Part shown: positions 1 to 7,237 of the stretch, piece after piece | Layout of the letters: each line of letters opens with the position of its first letter | Position numbering within the stretch: position 1 is the stretch's first letter | NCBI RefSeq assembly: GCF_000143415.4 | Contig: NW_003314670.1 | Location: forward strand, 1 to 7,237 | Direction of reading: 5' to 3' | Length of the DNA stretch: 7,237 nt | Origin: Selaginella moellendorffii | Lineage: Eukaryota; Plantae; Lycopodiophyta | Position numbers and translations under genes: made by a program | The notes under the pieces: model-generated | Databases searched by the model: none | Seen by the model: the letters and a program-made list of their open reading frames with translations, nothing else | What the model was told of the DNA's origin: nothing

Positions 1-512
1 CCAAGCATCCCTGGAGCAAGCATTTAGAACTAGAACTATGAGTAGCTTTGATGGAGCTTTGATCAAATGGAACTTACTTTCATCAAGCCAATCACAGTGC
101 CACGACTTGTGGGGAAATTCGTCACAGATGTCACGACCACGGCGGTGTTGGAATACGTCTGCGAATTCGCAGCGACGAGCATGAAGGCGCACATCTGCCA
201 GAGCTGGACGCCCCGGATCCTGTGCGTTCCAGCGAGCCAGATCATGAAATAGCCCAGAAAACCTTGGCCCGCCCCCAGCGCCAGGATAATCCACGGCGGC
301 AGCGCCAGCGAGAGCAGCAATCCTGTGTGAATCCCCACATTGGCGCCGATCCCCTTGAAGAACCCTAGCGTGTCGAGCTGCGATTGATCGAATCCCAGCT
401 CGCGCTTGAGGCTCTCCGAGTACAATCCAAAGACGTAGGTGGATCCCATCGTGATCTGGATCCAAATGCCCGCCACTAGCATCAGCCAGCGGCTCCTCAG
501 CAGATCCACCAT
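1..512 (-). CDS. Nodulin-like / NFD4-like major facilitator superfamily membrane protein, 5' part (exon 1 512..78, intron 77..11, exon 2 from 10 running off the window)
   Basis: Translation MVDLLRSRWLMLVAGIWIQITMGSTYVFGLYSESLKRELGFDQSQLDTLGFFKGIGANVG...VTSVTNFPTSRGTVIGLMK matches the plant Nodulin-like domain pattern (W...Y.FG.YS..LK..LG.DQ..L..LG..K..G.NVG; NFP..RG...GL.KG..G). First ATG is at 512 (the ORF-track start at 524 is TTG). GTAAGT donor at 77 and CTCCAG acceptor ending at 11 give a 67-nt intron, and the frame continues as GCL(G), as expected for this family. Confidence 0.92.
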
Positions 513-522
513 CGCTTGGATC

Positions 523-530
523 AAACCCTA
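523..530. promoter_or_regulatory. Telo-box (AAACCCTA)
   Basis: Exact AAACCCTA, separated by 10 nt from the nodulin-like ATG. Telo-boxes commonly occur near plant transcription starts and in 5' UTRs. Confidence 0.45.
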
Positions 531-567
531 GCTCCTGGCGCCAGTAGAGACAGTTTGAAAATAAAGT

Positions 568-1739
568 TTATTTGCTTTTCGGGAGATCTCCCAAGGTCTT
601 GTAGAACTGGCCATCGTAGAAGACTGGCATTTGCGAGAATCCCACGTCCTTGCGATCCATGAAGAATCTCCCGTGAGGAAGTGGTTCTTCCGGAGTTCCC
701 GGAGGAAGCAAAGCGATCCACACCGCGGTGTCGGCTCCAATCTCGACCGAGTGACCCTTGAATCCCGACATGGCCGTGCTGGTCGAGCCGGGACACATCG
801 AGTTGAAGAAGATCTCCTTCTCCCTCGCGAGCTTCTCCGCGATGATCCTCGCGTAGGCGTTGAGAGCGATCTTGGAGAGGGAGTAGCCGGCGAGTATCTC
901 TGGTGGCGCTAGCGGGATCTCCTCGCCCATGCACGGCCAGCCGCGGGCTTTGATCTCTTTGGCTTCCACTGCTCGGAAGAACTCCTGGATCATCTCGTCG
1001 ATCGAGCTGGGCGTGAGAGTGGCGATATCTTCCAGCTTTGCATTCCATTCGTTCTTTAGATACTGCGGTGGAAAAATCATAAGAATCTCCAAGGTTTCTC
1101 ATCGATATTCGCGAGGAACTTACTGAGAAATCACCAACTTTGGAGCTGACGTTAACGATTCGAGCTCCAGGTTTGAGAAGAGGGACCATAGCCTCGATCA
1201 CTCTCTTCGTGCCGTAGTAATTCGTTTCCACCACGTACTTCGCTTGCTCCAAGTCCGGCACTCCAATTGAGTTCACGCCGGCATTGTTAATCTGGAAGAA
1301 CACCAAGGAAGAAAACAAAGAACTATCTGCTGGACGGCTAGAGAAATAGTGAAATTCGAGCTCTAGCTCTCTACTCACAAGAATTTCGATGCGACCGTAG
1401 GAGCGAGAGACCCAATCCGCCAGCGCGTCGACCGAATCGGGGCTAGTGATGTCGAGCTGGTGATACACGAGCCTTTCTCGATCGATGCCCTCTTCCAGCA
1501 GCGATTCGATAGCCTTCCTGCCGCTGGATTCGTCTCTAGACGTGAGTATCGTCGTCAATCCTCGCCTGGCGAGCTCGCGCGCCAACTGCAAGCCAATACC
1601 CTTGTTCGCGCCGGTGACGAGCGCGATTGTGTCCTTGGACCACCACATTCTGGAAAGAAACACGAGAAGGATCCATCGATTGCTTGGAAACGATGGCGCG
1701 AGCTTGAGATTACCTCTCTGGATTGCCCGTCGACACCAT
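568..1739 (-). CDS. Short-chain dehydrogenase/reductase, carbonyl reductase / (+)-neomenthol dehydrogenase-like; exons 1739..1714, 1649..1379, 1291..1124, 1062..568 (319 aa)
   Basis: Rossmann motif VTGANKGIG, LTSRD, HQLDIT, INNAGV, TNYYG, IVNVSS, catalytic YSLSK and MCPG are all present, along with the N-terminal WWSKDTIALVTG typical of this plant SDR subgroup. Introns 1713..1650 (GTAATC..TTCCAG, 64 nt), 1378..1292 (GTGAGT..TTCCAG, 87 nt) and 1123..1063 (GTAAGT..CCGCAG, 61 nt) join into one open frame starting MVSTGNPERMWW. Exon 1 is less certain; the alternative start is the ATG at 1648. Confidence 0.92.
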
Positions 1740-1805
1740 AGCTGCCAGCGCTGAGTGGCGACAAAAACCTAAACGAAAGAACGTGTGGTCTAGTTTTGCG
1801 TTTCG

Positions 1806-1817
1806 ATTCCCGCCAAA
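1806..1817. promoter_or_regulatory. Overlapping inverted E2F-like sites
   Basis: ATTCCCGCCAAA: ATTCCCGC (+, 1806-1813) and TTTGGCGG (-, 1817-1810) both fit the plant E2F consensus WTTSSCSS. They lie between the divergent SDR and E(z) starts. Confidence 0.55.
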
Positions 1818-1844
1818 CCCCAGATTTTAGGGCGAGGGTTTTCG

Positions 1845-1871
1845 ATGGTGGAGCGCGAAGGCGGCAGCTAA
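1845..1871 (+). other. Candidate upstream ORF (MVEREGGS*) in the E(z) leader
   Basis: ATG GTG GAG CGC GAA GGC GGC AGC TAA with G at +4. It is a uORF only if transcription starts upstream of 1845. Confidence 0.35.
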
Positions 1872-1879
1872 GATCCGAG

Positions 1880-1940
1880 GTTTGTGCCGATCGAGGGCAA
1901 CGATTTCGAGCGGAGCTTTGTGATCGGCGATGCGATGCAG
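1880..1940 (+). other. Candidate 5'-UTR intron of the E(z) gene
   Basis: GAG|GTTTGT donor at 1880 and ATGCAG| acceptor at 1940 give 61 nt, the typical local intron size. The acceptor is 3 nt before ATG 1944. The sequence is more GC-rich than the other introns. Confidence 0.45.
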
Positions 1941-1943
1941 TCT

Positions 1944-4900
1944 ATGGAGGAAGGCGAGGCATCCGGCAAGGTTTCCATGGCCGCATTGTCGGCTACGTTC
2001 ACCCGGCTTAAGAAGCAAGTGGCATTCGAGCGACAAGCTTATGTCAAGGTACTGTTTTCCTCCTCTTTGGAGATTTCTCAAGCGCTAGAGCTGATTTCTT
2101 CGCGGATTTTCTAGGCAAGGATGGATGCAAACTCGGAGAGATTGCAAGGATTTTGTACGCACTTACTGGCGCTGTCCAGCTCCCGCGCTGTGAATAACAG
2201 GAATCACGCCGACAACGATATGCTCAACACACGGATCCAAAAGGCGCTCAACAAGCTTGGGACTGATCCAGCAGCCGCGGATCAGCAGTGTGGCTCGCAA
2301 GATGACTCCTCGGCTCCTATTCTTTTCAACAATTCCGGTGGGAAGAGCATTGTGAAGCCCGTCAGGCTGCAAACCGTGCAAAAGACGCCGCCATATACAA
2401 CTTGGATCTTCTTGGACAGGTAGAGAAACAAAGATGCGGGTGCTAGTTCACTGACCTTTTGTTTTCCAGGAATCAGCGGATGGCCGAAGATCAATCCGTC
2501 GTTGGTCGAAGAAGGATCTATTATGACTCTGCTGAAAATGAAGCGTTGATATGCAGTGACAGTGAGGAAGAACAAGTCGAGGAGGAAGAAGAGAAACGTG
2601 ACTTTAGCAAAGGTGACGATTTTCTCATCAGGTTAGTAGTACTGATTCTAATTTTTTTTCTTTACTTATTGAATGCCTGTAGAGCCACTGTCCAAGAACA
2701 TGGATTGAGTAAAATGATGTTTAAGGCGCTGGCTGACTGTCTTGATGCAAAGCCGAGCGAGATAGAGGTACGGGCCTTGCCTGATGGGCTGCTTGATTTT
2801 TTTAAGAGGAAAAACAGATAGGAAACGTGGATATGCATATTCATGTTATGCTCTTTACAGAATTATGAATCAAACTCAAACGTCTGCTACAGGCACGGTA
2901 TGAAATACTAGCGAAGGACGGGGACAAACTCAAAAGCGAGGAAAAGCATGATCTTCTATCTGCAATGGACTCCTTCGATAATCTTTTCTGTCGACGTTGT
3001 TTGGTAAGCTGGGATGCTCTTTCTATTCTCATACTAAACTTCCCGCATTATTAAAGGTGTTCGACTGTCGGCTTCATGGTTGCTCGCAGCCGGTGATAAT
3101 TCCTGTAAGCTTCTTACTTGTGCTTGATGAGCTACTGATTGAAATGGAAGCTTGCAGTTCGATAAGCAGACTCCACTTAACAAGACGGGGGAACTGCCGT
3201 CAGTACCATGCGGTCCCTGCTGTTTCCATTTGGTATGATATCCTATGACGCCATTTCATCATAGTTCTTACGCCGCCTTGGCAGCCACGCCTTTCAAGCC
3301 ACCACGATGCCACTTCTTCAGGCGTAGAGTCCAAACCCGTTCCTGTAGAAAGCACAGCACCTGCTATTGAGAAGAGCTGGCAAGTTCCGGATTCCAAAGA
3401 CAAGGGCGTCGCTACGGAACCAGTCGCCAAAACTGTGGACAAGCCTCCTGAGGCTCCTAAGAAGAGCTTCAAAGATAAAAGTGTGACCGCTCTCAGAAGG
3501 TTGCTACTAAAGAGGAAAGCGACGAGACATACAGACGATGACACAAATGAGGCGCGTAAGAAACACCATGTGGAAGGATCGCATGCTGAGGTGGGAGATG
3601 GCAGTGGCAATGCGACTCGCGGCGAGAATACTGGGGCCAGCATGTACTTGAAAAAACTGGTTAGCAAGAAGCTTTACGCTCAGAGAAAATGGAAAGGAAG
3701 CCAGATCACCACTGTGAAGCGGCCGCCACCTGTAATCAAGGAATCAGAGGATGTGATGCAGAGCATATCCAAGAACCTTACGCTATATGACAGTAACTGG
3801 AACACTTTGGAGAAGGACCTTTACGAAACAGGGCTGCAAATCTTTGGTAGAGACAGGTACGGAAAATCCTGCCTGTTTATCAGTTCACTGAAAGCTTTTG
3901 TGTGATTTTTATCAGCTGTCTTATTTCAAGGAATTTGCTAAGGGGAATGAAGAGCTGTGCCGAGGTTGGGGAATTCATGCAGCTTGAGGCAGCCGTGAAC
4001 TGGAAGCTGAATGAAGAAACAAAGCTCCAACAGGATGGAAACACAGTCATTGAGGATGCGACGGTAAGGCTCCACAGTTTTTTGACTCCTCTTAAAACCA
4101 TCTTTTGTAGGAGATTGACCGTTCGCGGTCCAGGTTGTACAACGGACGCAGGAGGGGACGTGTACGTAGGCTAAAGTACACATGGAAATCCGTGGGCTAT
4201 CCAGCTATCAGGAAAAGACTCGTGGATGGGAAGGATGGCTGTAGACAATACACACCCTGCTCTTGCTCGGAGTCGTGCGGAAAGCAGTGTTCTTGCCATC
4301 GAAATGGGACGTGCTGCGAGAAATATTGCGGGTACGTGTTATGCTACATTTGCTTAAAGCGACGTTTTTGTCTTATCAGGTGCTCCAAGAACTGCAAAAA
4401 CCGCTTCAGGGGCTGCCATTGCGCTAAAAGCCAGTGTTCCAGTCGGCAATGCCCGTGTTTTGCAGCTGGACGGGAATGTGATCCTGATGTCTGTAGAAAT
4501 TGCTGGATTGGGTATGCAACGGTGTACAATTGCAAAGCTCGTGTGCTGATGTGATTTTCCTCTTTTGTGCCTTTGTTTCAGGTGCGGGGATGGATCGCAA
4601 GGCGGACCACCGGCACGGGGTGACAGCTACGAATGTCGAAACATGAAACTTCTTCTAAAGCAACAACAGCGGGTAAAATCTCTTCTTTCAAACATTCCTT
4701 TAGCTTTTCTTAAACAAACTTGTGCAGGTTTTACTTGGAAGATCTGATGTCGCTGGCTGGGGTGCATTTTTAAAGGTAATAGTATGTTGCTCTTACAGAA
4801 AGAAGTAGCTATTAGCTTCCTTGTCTTCTAGACGCCGGTAAATAAGCATGACTACCTTGGAGAATACACGGGAGAGCTTATATCACATCGTGAAGCTGAC

Positions 4901-5334
4901 AAGCGTGGCAAGATTTACGACCGCGAGAACTCGTCCTTCTTATTTAATTTGAATGATCAGGTATGGTTTGGTTGATCTGAATTTACATGGTTTCCTTTTT
5001 CTACCTGTTCTTTCTCTAGTACGTACTGGATGCCTGCCGCAAGGGTGACAAGCTCAAATTTGCAAATCACTCGCCAAATCCAAACTGCTATGCAAAGGTG
5101 AGGTGTTCTCCATAAAGCTGCTGGAAACTCAACATGAATGTGTAGGTGATAATGGTTGCTGGGGATCACAGAGTTGGCATATTTGCAAAGGAACGTATAT
5201 CAGCCGGTGAGGAACTGTTCTACGACTACAGGTACGAAGCCGATAGAGCTCCTCCGTGGGCTAGAAAACCCGAAGACGGCCAGAAGAATGACGAAGCCGC
5301 AAGTGGATCCGGTCGGGCTCAGAAGACAGCCTGA
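1944..5334 (+). CDS. CLF: Enhancer of zeste / CURLY LEAF-like histone H3K27 methyltransferase (PRC2 catalytic subunit); exons 1944-2048, 2115-2419, 2470-2631, 2683-2767, 2893-3003, 3057-3104, 3158-3232, 3285-3856, 3916-4063, 4111-4331, 4380-4511, 4582-4672, 4728-4775, 4832-4960, 5020-5097, 5146-5334 (about 832 aa)
   Basis: Hallmark plant E(z) motifs occur in order: [30 protein letters not shown]; C5 domain [23 protein letters not shown]; [32 protein letters not shown]; [15 protein letters not shown]; CXC domain [37 protein letters not shown]; SET domain [70 protein letters not shown]. All 15 introns are GT-AG and the spliced length (2499 nt) is in frame. The start could be the in-frame ATG at 1935. 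Orthology to CLF versus SWN is not resolvable by eye. Confidence 0.96.
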
Positions 5335-5479
5335 AGCAGGCTGCTAGGTGACAGTTTTGGAGAGTTCTGCTTGGAGTAAACTACGTCCTGAAGTTCAGGA
5401 ATGAGATTTGATTCATTTGTGAGCAACATAGTGCTAGACGAAGAGCTTCGATCAAGAGAGTCATGAACGTCGAGATCCT

Positions 5480-5524
5480 GTAAGTCACCATGTTTGGCTT
5501 GTACTCTTTAACTCCCTTCTACAG
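5480..5524 (+). other. Candidate 3'-UTR intron of the E(z) gene
   Basis: Consensus GTAAGT donor, TTTAAC branch-like motif and CTCCCTTCTACAG acceptor; 45 nt. Confidence 0.5.
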
Positions 5525-6081
5525 CCAAATGCTTCGAACTCCCATCTTCATTTGTTCCGGAATCGTTGGAAATCTTCATGCCTCGGTGGTGATTTCCTTG
5601 CAAGCCTAGGAACTATGAAATGTCTTGAAGTTGGATAATGTGCGCTTTATTTTAAATTTGTTCCGACAATCCAAACAAATTTGAATGATTATAATTTTTG
5701 CAAAATTCCAGAAATGGAGAGCTTAATAGTAACGTTATGATAATTTTACTGGGCAATTATCGTGATTTTTTGTAAAACCATCTATTGATGGAACTGTTTG
5801 TAACTGCAAAGTGCACAAGAAACGGTGGAACAAAAAGCATGGTTTTTAAAAGTATGAATGCTGATAAATTCAATTAATAAAACTTATTTGAAAATTAGTT
5901 TTATCTAATGTTGTGCTAACTAGCTTGTATTTATAATTATACTTTTTGCTATGATGGATCGTGTAATGTGATCAATTAACAATATTGATTATATTTTTAT
6001 TCAATAATAATTTTTGTTCTTTGGATTAAAAATTATTTGCCATGGGTTGCATGTGGTTTGCTTAATAGTCAAAATAAAATT

Positions 6082-6256
6082 TTATAATTATAAACATGTT
6101 TATAATTTATAAACACAAGATTAATCTTATTGCATATCAACCATTAGATGGTAGAATAAAAACTAATATACTAAAAAGTGCTTAAGAAAGCTTATAAATT
6201 ATAAACATATTTATAAATTAAATACAAGATTAATCAAAATAAATGATGGTAGAATA
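6082..6256. repeat. Degenerate direct duplication (about 110-bp offset) in the AT-rich spacer
   Basis: TTATAATTATAAACATGTTTATAATTTATAAACACAAGATTAATC...GATGGTAGAATA (6082-6158) versus TTATAAATTATAAACATATTTATAAATTAAATACAAGATTAATC...GATGGTAGAATA (6192-6256). Confidence 0.75.
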
Positions 6257-6649
6257 TCCAAGCATATTCTAGGTATATTCACTACCGGTTTGCTTAAGCA
6301 AACCAATTATAAAACTTTATTTACTATGTGCTATTTTAAAGTTTTATTATATTCCTTTTCTGTCTGAATATGTATTTAGGAAATTATCCATTTATTAAAA
6401 ACATACTACTTGTTTGTTAGTGACATTACGTGAAAATGCATGTTATTTTGTAGGCACCAATCAAATTAATCTAATGCTTTGTGATCCTTTTTATAAAGTC
6501 ATTTTCTTTGTAATAATCAAATGTGCATATTTATTATCAAAATATATTGAAAAATAACCAGCTGTTTCTTGATTAAAATGTAAAACAAGCTTACTCTAAA
6601 ATGCAATTTGTGGCATGACAGAATTTTTATGGATAATTTACTCTGTCAC

Positions 6650-6669
6650 AGAGAGAGAGAGAGAGAGAG
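6650..6669. repeat. (AG)10 microsatellite
   Basis: Perfect AG dinucleotide run. Confidence 0.95.
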
Positions 6670-6938
6670 CTAGCTTTTCTTGAGAAGATCTTGAGCTCTT
6701 CGCCAGTCAAATGTGAAAAACAAACAGGAGACGGCAATAAGTGGCGGCTGCCGTCAGTCAGATTTCGTATCCTTATGACCGTAGGCGTACACGTATGTGT
6801 AAGGTGGCTGGATTTAGCTCCAAGATCTTGAAGCTTCCATAAGAAAGATACATTTCGTACATTATAAATGGTGGTAAAGTGTGATGCTCTGGTTCCAAGA
6901 TCGAGTGATATAGTTTATGGTTTCCAAGATCCAAGGGA

Positions 6939-7237
6939 TTATATTGGATTTTTTGAGAGTTTGATGTGGAGGCCGTTGGCCGGAGCTGCGAGTGGAGCCA
7001 TTTGGATGTGCTCGTTTGGATCGAGGAGCGACCACTGCAACTGGGTGAGTAGATGATGCAAGAACACGCGGAGGAGCATCTTTGCGAGCTCATTCCCGGG
7101 GCAAATGCGAGGGCCTCCACCAAATGGAACGTACGTGTATGGGATCAAGCCCGAGCTCCCGTTGAATCGCTCCGGATCAAACTTGTCCGGCTCAGGGAAG
7201 AACGCGCTCCTCCTGTTGCTCTGGAAGACGCTCCACA
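6939..7237 (-). CDS. Cytochrome P450, C-terminal part, CYP85 clan (CYP716-like)
   Basis: Open frame from the right edge: WSVFQSNRRSAFFPEPDKFDPERFNGSSGLIPYTYVPFGGGPRICPGNELAK...PANGLHIKLSKNPI*. It contains the PERF motif and the heme-binding FxxGxRxCxG. PYTYVPFGGGPRxCPG and the C-terminal DPNE.I...P...P..GL.I.L resemble CYP716/725/718. Family assignment is tentative. Confidence 0.93.
   Translation of the reverse strand, partial: WSVFQSNRRSAFFPEPDKFDPERFNGSSGLIPYTYVPFGGGPRICPGNELAKMLLRVFLHHLLTQLQWSLLDPNEHIQMAPLAAPANGLHIKLSKNPI

Noticed and set aside
560-565. AATAAA as the SDR poly(A) signal
   Set aside because: It is on the plus strand, while both flanking genes are on the minus strand.
521-1663. 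380-aa ORF as a single-exon protein
   Set aside because: It reads through intron 2 and shifts out of frame after intron 3. The catalytic YxxxK half is in the 568..1092 frame.
3200-3667. 155-aa antisense ORF and other short opposite-strand or alternative-frame ORFs in the track
   Set aside because: They are shadows of real exons, with no recognisable motifs and mostly non-ATG starts.
4728-5240. Altered SET-domain specificity
   Set aside because: The key motifs ([26 protein letters not shown]) are all canonical for plant E(z) proteins.
6609-6672. miR156/529-like precursor or target (TGACAGA plus GA-rich sequence)
   Set aside because: The match to miR156 is only the first 8 nt (TGACAGAA) and the stem is 7 bp, too short for a pre-miRNA.
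6817-6936. Three copies of TCCAAGATC in the P450 3' region
   Set aside because: Short, irregularly spaced micro-repeats in a plant UTR; not a CRISPR or tandem array.
6773-7123. 116-aa alternative-frame ORF overlapping the P450 end
   Set aside because: It is an off-frame reading of the P450 exon and 3' UTR, Ser-rich with no motif.
1-7237. Biosynthetic gene cluster (SDR + P450 + transporter)
   Set aside because: There is no signature scaffold enzyme in the window, a housekeeping chromatin gene interrupts the set, and all three families are abundant in plants. Flanking sequence and co-expression data would be needed.

Overview
Eukaryotic land-plant genomic DNA, very gene-dense, with GT-AG introns mostly 47-70 nt long. 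The style suggests a lycophyte such as Selaginella (inference, not verified). Four genes can be read. (1) The 5' part of a nodulin-like/NFD4-type MFS transporter (minus strand, ATG 512, runs off the left edge). (2) A complete 4-exon carbonyl-reductase-type short-chain dehydrogenase/reductase (SDR; minus, 1739..568, 319 aa). (3) A complete Enhancer-of-zeste/CURLY LEAF-type H3K27 methyltransferase with 16 coding exons (plus, 1944..5334, about 832 aa), head-to-head with the SDR. (4) The 3' end of a CYP85-clan, CYP716-like cytochrome P450 (minus, >7237..6939). An AT-rich spacer with a degenerate duplication, perfect palindromes and an (AG)10 tract separates genes 3 and 4. All the proteins belong to known families, and I see no convincing new multi-gene system. 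The notable points are architectural or regulatory: a 55-bp stop-to-start gap between the SDR and the transporter; a ~200-bp divergent promoter with a two-way E2F-like site; and a uORF, candidate 5'- and 3'-UTR introns and a frameshifting alternative acceptor in the E(z) gene.
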